Shown: piece by piece, positions 27,292-40,260 of the stretch
Numbering within the stretch: the stretch's first letter is position 1
Layout of the letters: the number at the start of each line of letters is the position of its first letter
Assembly: GCF_000002075.1 (NCBI RefSeq)
Contig: NW_004797454.1
Coordinates: 997,181-1,061,180, forward strand
Length of the DNA stretch: 64,000 nt
Reading direction: 5' to 3'
Source of the DNA: Aplysia californica
Taxonomy: Eukaryota
Translations under genes and position numbers: made by a program
Notes under the pieces: generated by a model
What the model was told of the DNA's origin: nothing
The model's database searches: none
Seen by the model: only the letters and a program-made list of their open reading frames with translations

Positions 27292-28694
27292 CTGAAAATG
27301 AATAAGCAGAATAGTTAGGCTTATTACCTTGGTCAAAAACAATGAAAAAGAAATAGACCTTAAAAATCTTGTTGGGGAGGGTACCAAATTACATCTCTAA
27401 AAGACAGTTTGCTTTAATTACCAAGTTTGAGTATTTGCAAGTATGCAAAATAATGGCACCATTTTGGCAGAATGTTTTACTAACTGTAAAACATTCTCCC
27501 TAAAGTTCACTCATTCTACTTTTTTCTTTGTAAGCTGCTGGTTTCCTTAATTAGTTCTTGTGATATCACTGGCTTAAGAATTCCTTTATAATGGAAATAA
27601 GGGGGACCAACAACAGCCACAAGTGAATTCCTTTCAATTGTGAGACTATGGTTTTGTTTAGACCTTGCTCTGCTTGACTAAAACCGTCAATGTGTGGCCA
27701 AGCTAAATGTCTCAGAGATGCTAGAGGAAAAAAAGCAGCGTCTATTCATCAGGAGAAGCCAATTTGTCACTTAATTTTAAGTATATAACTGTAGCCAGGT
27801 TCCCTAACCATGGCCATCTAATTTAAGACCCTCAGCATGGCTGAGCTCCCTTGGCATGACCATCGATGAGACCTGAACATGGCCATAATTTCTGTTTTAC
27901 AACACTTACAACGCTATCATCACTAACAAGTACACAAAGCGAGGAAGGTGTTAGATATCTTAACAAAACAACCAATTTATAAACATCTATGATTTTACAA
28001 AGAACTAAGAGTGATTCAAACTTGGTTGAAAAATAATGAATAAATACAAATAAATCCATAATATATTGTACCAGCTGAAATAATGACAGCTCCAGATTAA
28101 TGAGACAATTCTCAATAAGCATTATTTCCTCTCCTCTTTATTCATTCCATCCATTAAAATTGTCTGGAATAACAATTTTTGCAATTTCAAATTTAAGTAA
28201 AAGAGAGAGAAGAGAAGTTCACCAGCCCTTGAATAAAGATAACGAACTGGTGGTGACCCAACAATCAAACCTTGCTACACCAGTCATTTTGTTCTTGAGT
28301 TGAAGCACGTAAGGGATTCAGCTAGTGACTCGTCTCCTTTCTTTTTACCTACTACATAACCCTACCCAAGCCCTCTTCCTTCTTTTCCTTTACATGCTAA
28401 CACAATATATACACATATGCAAAACCCAAACCACACACTTACTTGTGCTTCATTACAATTCATTATCTACCTATGTATCATTATTATCTAAGCATAAGAG
28501 TTCCCACTGTCATTATATGCAAATTCATGTCACACGCAGAGGCGAAGCGTCTATATAATCAAATAATCACTGCTTCCCTTCCTAATTTTGAAACATTGTC
28601 GCAGTCAAATTCACCCATGGACGTAAACCTCATAAATTAAATGTAAAAAGACGTTCATAATCACCAATGAACAATAGACTATACCTAACCTTCA

Positions 28695-29460
28695 AAACCG
28701 TTTCATTGCCACAGAAATAGCCTGTTCGCCCCTATCGGGCCACTCCATAAGCAGTTACAAGCTTTGAACAAGTAAGCTTAAAGTGAGGCTGGAAGAGTCA
28801 ACCAATAGAGTTAAAGGGAACATGTGCATAGCAGTCAGAACTGTTTCATTGTCGCATATACCCTGTTCACCCCTTTCGGGCCATAGTTATAAGCACCCAG
28901 ATGCGCTGATTAGGTATGCGAACTATTACACTGGTCGAGTCTACCTCACAGATGTGAGGGGAACTAACTCCTAATAATCCTTTGACTCCTGCTACTACAC
29001 TACTAGTGTTTGGTTTTTTTCCTCGACTTTTTAACTTCCTATAATCAGATCGTGACCTCGATTATGACACCGGCTCCTGGCCGCGAAAGCTAGACAAAAA
29101 ACAGCCAAATGTGAAATAAAAAATTAATAATTGGCATGCTCTACCAAAGTGTTTCGGCTGTCTGGTATAACATGCCATTGTAGTGCTGACATCTCTGCTT
29201 CTTTCCTTGGTGTTTGTGTGTTCAAATCTAAAGTTAAATTTAAGGTTAGTAAGAATAAATATTTAATAAAATACTTTCCTGATTATTTTAGCGGTTGAAC
29301 AAGCATACAACATGAATTCCGGATTTGTTTTCATTCACAATTCAGAGTTGCCGCCTCCAGTGCCAGCAAGATTCTTGTGACTTGTGTGAGTGTGATATCT
29401 CCAGGCCCTATCTGGTTCCATTTCACTTTGATTACCCTGTCAAACAAGTCAGCCTTCGCC
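28695..29460. repeat. Interspersed repeat of unknown class; second copy at ~58660-59280
   Basis: Shared blocks GTTTCATTG..CCCTGTTCGCCCCTTTCGGGC, CTAACTCCTAATA, CTATAATCAG, TCCTGGCC.CGAAAG, GGATTTGTTTTCATTCACAA and CCTGTCAAACAAGT. Confidence 0.7.
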
Positions 29461-31407
29461 CCTGGTCACACGAGCAGCGAAGATTGGAGGGCGAGACAAA
29501 ATATATATTATGTACGCTACTTGGTGTGTCCCCATACATTGCTGGCCTTAGTTGTAGCTTGACAGTCAAGTCTTCAGCAAATGAACAGTAGACTCAAATT
29601 AAATGTTTTTATCCCGATATTCAAACGCTCAAACATACTATGGTTCCAGTGTGCTGTTTGGCATTTTGTTATAATTTCTATCTATTTCTATTATTATAAA
29701 TTACTTCCCCCAAATAGACATTTAAATTCTTAGCCTCATAATTTCTGGTGGGAAGAGTGAGACATGACTATGACAAGATATTATACTTAACTTTTTAATA
29801 TCACAGTTCAACTCTCTTTTTATGTTCCATCGACCACTTTCACTCCTTTTCCCTCTCTCTCTCTGTCTCCCTGTAAACCCCCCCCCCCCCCCACCCTCTC
29901 TCTCTCTTTAAAAAAATATCTCTCTCTCTCCCTCACTCTCTATCTCTGTTTTCTTTTCTGGTGCGCATAACTCACAAAATAGGCCATCGACAAAAAGCTA
30001 TAAAATTGCTTAGGAAACTGATCAACTGCTCTCAACAGATTCTTGAGTGTCACATTGGTAATCATGTCATTTTGTGTCTCTGCAACTCTACTTATGCTTT
30101 TTCCAGTAAAAGTCTACTCATTGCTTACATTCAGAACTTACTTGACCTACTAAGCACATCTCGGGTCTCCACTCTCTGTGAAGTCTCATATGAGCTGCCC
30201 TTACCTCAGGCACAAAAGACTTTATTCTCATCTGTGTCATTACCTTTCTTTTCACCACATCCTATTTTTTGCATTTATCCTTTTCCAACCTTTTGACCCT
30301 AGACTTTTTTGTTTTCTTTTTTCCTTATTTGAGCTTCTTTTCCTCTCTGGTTTTTTTTTTTTGGTTTTTTTTTTGCAGGTTCAGTCTCCTCCCGCAGCTT
30401 TATATTTTAAAAATTAATATTTTAATTTAGCAGTCTGTAGCAACTGTTTACTTTATAGAAAATAGATGTGGGATGATTAATAACTGTTTTGTACTATGAT
30501 CTCTATTGACCACACTCAGATAAAAAAAACTACTGGACTTTGCCCTTATTGTTGCATACTCAGTTGCATGTAATTAAATTACTCCGATGAAAATTATCAA
30601 ACAAATCTATTTTAAGCAAATGTCAAACAGATGATGGATATAAAAACTATTTGTACTATCCCCATATAAAACTCTTCCCAAATCATCGAATCACAAAGGA
30701 TCAAAACAACCTACCTCAAACTATCAAAAGCCAAATACTGGTTGCTTGAAATAATATGTGTCAAAACTGGCCCGATCTTCAAAGAGTAGAGCCAAAAAAA
30801 AAAAAATTTGAAAGGTTTGATGAACTAAAATAAAGTCTCTCTGAGAAGAAACGACATGTTAAACAAATGATAAGGGCAGTTATATGAATTGGCCACAATC
30901 AGGTCCAGCCATGCCCTGGTCTTTCTACTCTATCCTAACACAATCAAATAACATAATTTTTTTCTTTTTCTGATTTTCAAACTAACTATACCCTGAAGGA
31001 ATTTGTGCTAATCCTGCATAAAACACTTGCACCTTCATGGTAACTTTGAAATTTCAACAGTGCTCTACCATTTTAACTGATAATTCAGCAATGCAGGTTC
31101 CAAAGAAAAATAATTCCCTTTAAAGTTATTATCAAAGATAGTTACTGGGTGATACCATACTAAAAAGATATTTACATCCTCCGTATAGTTTAATGTGCCA
31201 CTTCTAATCAAAAGAAAATCTTTTTCTTTGCATCTTCATAAGACTGCCATGCCCTCCCATATTGCATGTGGGTACTGAATTGATGTAGATTTATAAGCTT
31301 TATTTCATTAAAATTTTGCCTTTAATGCTTATACACATCCTTATATAAATCGCAATATTTAGTACCTATCATAAGGCTTCAGTGCATACACAAGTGTTGT
31401 GACAAAC

Positions 31408-31713
31408 CTTGTGAAGCTGATTCTCTGGCTCATCCTGTACAACATCGATGCCCTTGCGGCCCTCTCTCAATGTCAAACACTCAATAGCAACATCGGTTGG
31501 GAGGTTCATCCGTTCTAGGGCATTCTCTGTCTCCTCCTTTGCTTCAGACAAGTCGGCAATCTCTTGATCCAGCTGTCCTAGAGTTCTCTCAAGAGTCTCT
31601 TTCCACTTCCTGATGTGGTCCACGCGGTCAGCCAGCCTTACATCATTGGAATATTGGTCCCATTTGGTCTGGATATCTGTCTCATTGCGCAGGAATCGGG
31701 ACTCCTGCCGTAC
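31408..31713 (-). CDS. TEKT2: Tektin-2 coding exon 2
   Basis: VRQESRFLRNET...LPTDVAIECLTLREGRKGIDVVQD...QLHK. AG/GT boundaries; 306 bp. Confidence 0.95.
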
Positions 31714-32451
31714 CTGAAAAATGATTTAATAATATTTAATATAGACGGTAAAAAATAATCTCAAAAGGTAATAAAAACTACTGAATCAAATAAAATGAGA
31801 CACACTGTAACGAAAACATGCATTATTTCTTAAAGTTTGTCAATGGAATTCTTTTTTAAGAACAAGTTGCATAGATAACTACTATAATTTTGATAACATA
31901 TGAGTTAATAATTAAAATGTAGAACGATTCTTTTTAAAGATCTCGGAGAGATTTTGATCAAGGACTTAGATAAGAACCACAACAGTTTTTCAAAAGCCAT
32001 ATGTAAGCATTAAAATGCCTTCAAAAAGTTGTGTACATGATGCACTCATACAGAAAGATCACTCACTGTTAATGGCTATTGTACTGGTGAGAATTAAAAC
32101 TGAAGAGCCGACTACCAAAAAAATAATCATGTAATACAAGGAAAAAGCAGGACGGTAAAGAAAAATAGCATAAAATCAAAGTAAATATATGTTACTTGGT
32201 TTATTTTCTTCCCTTTTATACTTTGAATAAATGGATGATCAGATATTTGGAACAATAACTTAAAATGTCTTCAATACTATCAAATAATAACTGAAAAGAG
32301 TTTCCAAGAATCCTCCACCAGTATGTATCGATAAAAATTGAGAGCCACCTTCTCTTACGCTGAATGTACAAGAGAGCACTAGGTATTTAAATTAACCCAT
32401 TACCTTACACAAAATAAGAAAAGAAAAACAGCTAAAGTCTTTTGTGCATAC

Positions 32452-32559
32452 CTGATGAGACGCCGACCGCTGTCGCTCAGCATTTGTAGACTGTGTGTAA
32501 CACTCAGTGAACCAATCTGGGGGCTGATGCCTTGTCACTTGTCTCACTTCAGTTGCCAT
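32452..32559 (-). CDS. TEKT2: Tektin-2 (tektin B) coding exon 1
   Basis: Encodes MATEVRQVTRHQPPDWFTECYTQSTNAERQRSASHQ, resembling the TEKT2 N-terminus (MAT..PDW..STNA..QR.ASHQ). CAG acceptor 2 nt before the ATG; GTATGC donor; 108 bp, phase 0. Confidence 0.93.
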
Positions 32560-33355
32560 CTCTGCTTGAGAGGGCACATATCAGAGGAGATTAGAATTTG
32601 TTTCATTAACAGACCAGCCCAGAAATACAATTTAAAGGGTATACATACAGTGATGTGGAAAATGGTAATTAAAAGAGCAAGGATGAAACTTGGAAAAGTA
32701 AGCGATTTGTAATAAGAGAATCAGATGCCTGAATATAAAAGATAAGTGGAATACAACAACAAAAATTGTACAGTCGACAATTGATTGCACAGTTGATTGT
32801 ATGATTATGAGTTTGAATGAGATGCAGAATATGGCAAAGTATTCTAAAAATGAGACAAAAATGGCCGCATTCATTGGAATACACAATAATAAGTTAAGCT
32901 GCCAACAACAACAAAATGACAGACAATATTTCGACATGCAGTTAATTCATGGAAGACATTTCATTTTTCATTTGCCCATACGTAGGGTAACTTTTAAGAT
33001 ACATAAAAGTACAAAACATACTTTTCTAGGACAATAGACATATTTTGAGCACTAGATCTAAATCTAGATCTAGATCTTTGTTTTAAAGTTGCATAATGAA
33101 AAAAAATTCCAGCCAAATGTTGAATGACTGCCTTTTCAGTAAAACTTTTGACATTTGATTCAGGACAATCAGTAGACTGACATTTCATGACTGTCATGAA
33201 AATATTTCGCTTGAGCCTAAATCATTTGGCATGGTTTTAGCATTGGGTACAGCCAATCTAACACTTCTAACAAGATATTCAATACACCGTATAGCATAAG
33301 TGCTTGCATGAAACAGCACTCACAGCTGCAATGTTGAGCTCAAATAATATGATGA

Positions 33356-33418
33356 TACTAGATCTAGATCTAGATCTTGGTCTAGGTCTAGGTCTAGATC
33401 TAGAAATCTAGATCTAAT
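33356..33418. repeat. Self-complementary (TAGATC/TAGGTC)n microsatellite
   Basis: CTAGATCTAGATCTAGATCTTGGTCTAGGTCTAGGTCTAGATCTAG; smaller tracts at 33052-33077 and 33615-33627. Confidence 0.85.
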
Positions 33419-33790
33419 AATTATAATAAATTATGTTTACAGTCTGTCTTTGTCTTTGCTGCATTTACAAAAGAAAAAGTTACAATGTTATATCAATACT
33501 TAAGCTACACACATATAAAAGGGGGTTTATAATGATAAGGAATAGAAACGATTAACGGTCATTACCATTCCAGCGGATGCTACTGTGAAGTATAAATGCT
33601 GTAAATAGGCTTAGAGATCTAGATCTATAATGTAATGGCGGAACCTTGCTGTCAGTGAACACCCTAAGTACTGTTGACAGTTAAATTGTACCTCAAAAAT
33701 TAAGAATCCACAGTCTGAAAGCAACCAAAGGAAAATCCTAACAAGTAAAATATGTTCAGTTTTCAATATATATTGCTATGCAGTACTCAC

Positions 33791-34015
33791 TTTATGTTTT
33801 TGTAGAGAGAAAGCCCCTTTAAAAGCTCAGCTTCAACCAGCTTCAGACTTGACACGAATCCTTGATGTTACGTTGCTAGCTAAACAATTAGCAACGGCAA
33901 CCTACTGTTACACGGGCGTTAATTGGTCATATTGTAAGCAAGGAACCAATCAAAAGAGCTTTCATGTGCCCTTGGGTTTGGCGTCGTCATGGTGCTCAAT
34001 ATTACTTCCGGTAAT
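33791..34015 (-). promoter_or_regulatory. Putative tektin-2 non-coding first exon and ciliary promoter
   Basis: GTGAGT donor at 33790-33785. X-box-like GTTGCTAGCTAAAC at 33872-33885, forkhead TAAACAA at 33881-33887, TAGCAAC half-site at 33889-33895, two CCAAT boxes (~33922, ~33946) and ETS-like ACTTCCGG at 34004-34011. Confidence 0.6.
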
Positions 34016-35444
34016 GTTAAAAAGTACTACTGCTGCATATATCTCCGAAAATAAAATTACCCATACATGAAATTATTATTATTATTATTTTGAAGTTCTT
34101 CTTCTTCCTCGTTCTCGACTTTGTAAGTGTCTTACGGCGCTCGCAACTACATAAGGTCATATGAGCGCGCGAGACATATTACACATCTTCAGTTGGAAGG
34201 AAATTGTGATGTTTGACAGAAAAGAAGGAGCAAATCACAACAGAGCACGCCACCACTCACACTCACAGTCTGTCGTTTGGCCCTTGGGGTGATAGATAAA
34301 TTATATTAAATAGATAATATAGACAGACAGACAGACGGATACATAGATGAATAGATATAAGTAGTTCGCAATCTTTTCTAGGACCTACGGTATGTTACAT
34401 TGACAATGCATAGTATATCAATCTAAGTCTAACAGAACGACGTACGACTGAAACGACTAAAAACGAAGAAGATTTCTTTTTCTCAATTGTAACTGTTTCT
34501 ACTACCCCTTAGATCTAAAAAAAAACAACTTATGAAAAATTGGATGGACAATAGTATATAGAGAACACACGAGAACCTTGAATAATTATGATGTATCTAG
34601 TTCTCACTCTCACTGGCAAAACTGAAGGGAAACGGGGCAGGTATGATTTTAAGTGGGCTATAAGACCCAGAGCAACTGACTTAAAATATGAAAATCTAAA
34701 CAAATGGACGAAGGAGAAAGATCTGGATAATATAGCTTTTCAAAGAGCAACCTAGGGAAATGGAATGAATGTCAAACAATGCTCGCTGATGACTCAGATC
34801 TGGCACTTGATATTATGTAGAGGTGTATCATATGTAGCCAATTTCGACAACGAACTACGGACGAGCAACGATTTGGCAACGAACGAGTAACGACAAAGAG
34901 GGGATGTAACCCGGGGGGCATAATGAGGGTCCTAAATGAGCAGTCACATCCCTTTACAGTGACAGTGTGGTATCGAGGGCTGGGACGGANNNNNNNNNNN
35001 NNNNNNNNNNNNNNNNNNNNNNNNNNNNNNNNNNNNNNNNNNNNNNNNNNNNNNNNNNNNNNNNNNNNNNNNNNNNNNNNNNNNNNNNNNNNNNNNNNNN
35101 NNNNNNNNNNNNNNNNNNNNNNNNNNNNNNNNNNNNNNNNNNNNNNNNNNNNNNNNNNNNNNNNNNTTTCAATTGTTGTAGCAAACTATATCTATATTTT
35201 GTAAGTTGATGACAACATGATCGTCAAACATAATTGTGATAAGAAAAATTATTTTGAAAACTTGAATTTATTTTTATTTTTTCCAATGCTATCAGTACTG
35301 TAAGTGTGAGCAACAACGTGTTTGGGCTGTGTGAGACTGGGGGGCAAGTAGACCTACTGCACTAAATTACACTACACTGTAGTCTTTATTTCGCGTGTTT
35401 TGCCCAGGCCATATCATATTATACACCCCAAAAAAAAAGAGCAC

Positions 35445-38400
35445 GATCATCATCATCATCATTGCCTTTTTCACCCTGGGTCAGGACATAGGCCATGAAC
35501 AAATACTTTTCACCTTTCCGTAACCTGGGGGAGTCGCTTGGTGTCACTCCGTGTCTCCCCATTTTTCTATACATCTTTTTCCGTCGTGACTCTTCTCCAG
35601 GTTCCACGTCGTCCTCCCTTGATCGTTTACCTTGTGGGTTCCAATCCAACATTTTCCTTGTTGTGCAGATGTGCTTGACTTCCTGAAAGTGTGTCCAATC
35701 CATCGCCAACGCCTTCTTCTCACCTCATCTCTGATTTGGCTCCGTCTCGTTCTTTTTAATACGCGTACTTCCTCTTTGGTGATCCTGTCTGACCATCTGA
35801 TCCTCAGTAGCTTCATCAGACACTTGTTCTAGAAAACCTGGAGCCTCTTTATGCACGTCTGAGATGCATCCCATGCTTCACATCCATACAACAGGATTGA
35901 CTTCACATTTGAGTTGAAATCCTCAGCTTTGTTCGTAGTGAGATATCCCTGGTCCTCGCCAAATCCTGTTCAAAGAAATAGATGCAATCTGTGCCTTTCC
36001 AATTCGGGACTTCATTACAGCGCCAGTTCCTCTCTCTCTGTCAATTATACTCCCAAGATAGCAGAATGATTCGACGTCTTCTAGTGTTTTTACCTCTATT
36101 GTGACCTGCTCCTTTCGTAGTGCATCTGTCCTTAGGATTTTTGACTTTCCGGGGTGGATCCTCAATCCAACAGACTGATAGGCTGTTTAAAATTGTGACC
36201 TTTGCTTGCTTCTGTTCCTGAATGTGTGACAGAAGCGCCAAGTCATCTGCAAAATCTAGATCGTTCAACTGTGTCCATGGGGTCCACTGTATGCCGTTTT
36301 CTGTGTCCTCTGGTGGTTTCCTTCATCAACCAGTCGATTGCCAAGATAAAGAGGAAAGGTTATAGTAAACATCCTTGTCTCACACCGGTCTCAATGTCAA
36401 AGCTTGAACTGGCCATCATGTATAACCCTGCAACTTGTGCCTTTGTACATGCTCCTTATGAGGTTAACTAACTTCTGTGGGATTCCGTGATGTCTCAGTA
36501 TCTTCCACAGCGTTGCTCAGTCTATACTGTCAAAGGCGTTCTCATAGTCAAGAGAGTTGACGATCAACTGGGAGTTCCACTCCAGGGACTGTTCCACAAT
36601 GATCCGCAGCGTGGCAATCTGGTCCGTGGTTGACCGATTTCTGCGAAAACCAGAGTGTTCATCTCGACGTCTTGGATCCGTTGCAGACTTGATTCTCTCC
36701 AGAATGATTCTGACCTTATCTGGTATTCGGAGAAGAGTGATTCCTCGGTTGTTGCTGCAATTGCTAAGATCCCCCTTTTTAAGGAAGTTTTACAAGGTGT
36801 CCTTCTTTCCAATCCTTTGGGAACTTGCTCTCATTCCAGATCCTGGTAAACAACGGGAGAAGGAAGTCTGTCGTCACATTGGCATCTGCTTTTACGGCCT
36901 CAGGTGGCTTTACCGTTGTTTAGCTTCTTAATGGCATCCATAACCTCTTTTTGATGGAGCATCACAGCAGATTGGTCACTCATTTCTTGCTGGCAGGATG
37001 TTTGACGGGTTACTTGGTGGTGGTCTGTTTAGGAGACTGTTGAAATGCTCTACCCATCGTCTTGACTGAGCTTCCTTTCCAAAAATGGTTTTCCCCTCTT
37101 GGCCCTTTACTGTTACGTCTGGTTTCCCATATTTTCCAGAAAGAGTCTTTGTATTATGGTAAAGGAATTGCATGTTCCCTCCTGCTGCTGCCCCCTCTGC
37201 CCTTTCTGCCAGCCTGTTCATGAATTCCTCCTTATCTTTTTTTGTGTGTGTGATTCCTTTACATCTTTAGCTGTTGTTCTGTGCTGCTCCGATGCGTCCG
37301 CTTTTGGTCCCCTTGTTCTACTTGCATTTGTCTTTGCTTTTAATGGTCTTCTAGTTCTAACCAAATCCAATTTCCGTTGGCTAATCCATTCCTTGTGCTC
37401 CCATTTCTTCGCTCCGAGTTCTTCTTAACATGTTGAAGTAAAGACTTCTTTGACCTTGGTCCTGTACATCTCCACCTCCATGTCCTCCTCACCAAGATCC
37501 GCCAAGGGTTGAAATCTGTTCCTCAACTGCAGTTGAAACTATTCTTTCTTGTGTCCATCTAAGAGACTTACTTGGAACTTCGTTCTTTTGGTTCCTGTTT
37601 TGGTTCCGTGCTTTTTGAGACAAAGCTTGAGTTTTGCAAACAGCAGATGATGATCCGATCCAACGTCTGCCCCTCTCTGTACTATGACATCTTCCAGTGA
37701 ACGTCTGAACCTACGTGAGATACGCTAAAGATCGATCTGGTTCTCTGTCACTCCACCCGGTGATAACCATGCAGCCTTTTTGATCCTCTTGTTGGGAAAA
37801 ACAGAGCCCCCATGCAATGACAAAACTGTTGAAAGCACATATATTTGCCAATCGCTCACCATTCTCATTCGTTTGTTCCAAACCATGTTGTCTCGTGATT
37901 CCCTCATAACCTACGTTGTCCTGACCAGTCTTGGCATTGGCATCTCCCATTATGATGCTGACATCCTTCCTTGGTAGGTTGTCGATGACCCCCTGGCGCC
38001 GACTGTAATAAGCATCTTTGTCTTCATCCGAGGCTTCATTTGTTAGGGCATAGATCTGAATTATGTTCTGGTTGAAGCTCTTATTTCTCGTAGTGAATGA
38101 AACCATGATGATCCTGTGGTTCCTATCCTTAAAGTGACTTCCGTGCATACTTACTCAGAATAATTCCCACTCCCTCCGCATGGTGCTTGTCTTCCATCCC
38201 AGAATACAATAATATTTAATTTGTTCCCCCGAGCTAAGCTGCTTCTGTTCAGACTGTATCCAGTGGGTTTCGCTGACTCCTAGTGTGTGCAGACTTTATA
38301 TCTTCATCTCTTGTGCCACTTGAGAACTCTTTCCTGCTTCATACATGGTGCGAACATTCCACGATGTAATCCGGAGAGACTTGTTCGACAGAGAAGGTTT

Positions 38401-38470
38401 CGAGTCAGAAGAGTCCTTTCGGCTTTGTCCACTGTCCTTCATTGTTCCTGCTGATACAACAGCTCCTCCA
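35445..38470 (-). mobile_element. Degenerate RTE-clade LINE
   Basis: WNVRTM APE start (~38350), IQIYA.TN, MGDANAK, DLDFADDLALLS, RRRRWRWIGH, LDWNPQGKR and a (GAT)n tail at 35446-35462. Confidence 0.9.
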
Positions 38471-40260
38471 TCTCACAGGATGGAAAAAATAATAATGTGT
38501 GTTTATCATGTTTCTATAACTTTCCGTTTTTTTACTGGCCCTTCGCAAAATGGCACTTTTCGGGCGACCAGACCTATGCACCTTTTGTCGCCTCTTACGA
38601 CACGCAGTACGCAGTATCATGGCAGGTGTATTCTTTGCTTGGTGCACAGCTGGAGGGTTTTTTGTATTTGTTAATTGTTTTGTTTGGGGGGGAGGCTGTG
38701 CAAAGAGTGCCTTTGGTAAGCAATATTTGCAGTGCCTTGCAAGTCGGAGACAAAGAATGTTTCATCAGAAAGTCACTGACCCTCCTCGACCCCTTCCCCC
38801 ACCCACCCCCTCCCACTCAGCCCTTACGCTGTTGCCCTAAATGCACGAGAAGCTAGGCCATCTCAGGTACTCTATTGATGATGAATAAATCAGTGCCAAA
38901 TGTCTACGTTACTCACACTGGGGTCTGTGGTTGTTCAGTAGAGTACTGGACTCGACTGGGAGATTTTGACTATATTGAGGGAAAAAAAATTCGTAGACCA
39001 ACTTATCATCAAATATCTCTATAACGGATTGAATCAGTGTCAACCATATTTTCAACAGTTTGTATCAATCACGATTGAGGCTAGATTTTTAAAAACGTTT
39101 CTTCATAAATGTATATATACAATTTTAATACTATAAATCCCCGTCACATGAAAAATGGGATTGTTCACCGCACTCTCCGCTTCCCACACACATTTTGCAT
39201 ACGTTGGCCCTATATTTTGGCCTACATCACTTCTCACTAATGATATTTTTTTGTGGCAAAATTTGTTATCCGAAATTAAATGTATAGTGAACACTTAGGC
39301 TATTTTGCACTAAAGGTAACATGCGTTAAATAAGCACAATGTCGCGATAAGAAAGGAAAAAAAATGACGGACTTGCTTTTAATAGCGATAATGTCCCGGC
39401 TATATAAACCTTTAAGAATATTATTATGTAGTATGTAGAAATTACCCAATGGGATTTTTAATTAGTGTTTATAGAGGAATTTTCTAGAATACAGCTGACA
39501 GGTTTTTAAAACAAAGTAAATAGGTATTGATCTGTTTAGACAGATTGATACAAAGTATTGTGCTAAAGCTGGAGACTTTATATTCGATGGCTGGGGATAT
39601 ATTTGACAATAAGTTGTGCCACGAGTATTCGACCGCACCATAAATTATCTCGTTACGGCTGAGTTTGCTGTCCTTGGACCTCATATTTTAATACTCAACC
39701 GGCACTCTCCGACCCACAGTGGAGCTACCGCAATCAACACTGTTGCCCAAGCCGAAAGGACATCCCCTTCACCGGATGCCCTGCCGCCACAGGTCTGCAA
39801 CGCCTGCGGCCGAAAAGAGAGGCTGCTTCTTAACCCGTTCATATGCAGTGCTGACAGCTGCAACGAGAAATGTCATCAATCCTGCAGCGGCATCTCCCGG
39901 TACTCCAGGAAGCGCGAATGGCTCTACAGAACTCACTGCTCACCCCCAGTCCCCGTCGACCAAACACCCCGACAGGAGACCTTTGCCAGACGCGAGTGCA
40001 GCGTTTGCAGCAAGATGCTCAGGAAAAACGCCGGCCGGTTCCGCTGCGACGAATTGGGATGCTCAAGCGAGTGCCATAAGGACGTTAGGTGCAGCCACAT
40101 CGGCAGGTACGACCCCAAGACAAAATGGAGGTGTGCAACCCACTCCTGCAACACGGCACCAACCGCAATCCCAATCACAAATAACACTGTCAGATCTACC
40201 CCCCTACCATCCACCCCACGGCCCAAAGCCAAATGTAAGGGCTGCCGGAAACCAATCTGA

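Noticed and set aside
33566-33598. Possible extra tektin 5' micro-exon ending in ATG
   Set aside because: The GTAATG donor is weak, the ATG would be out of frame with the CDS, and there is no supporting evidence.
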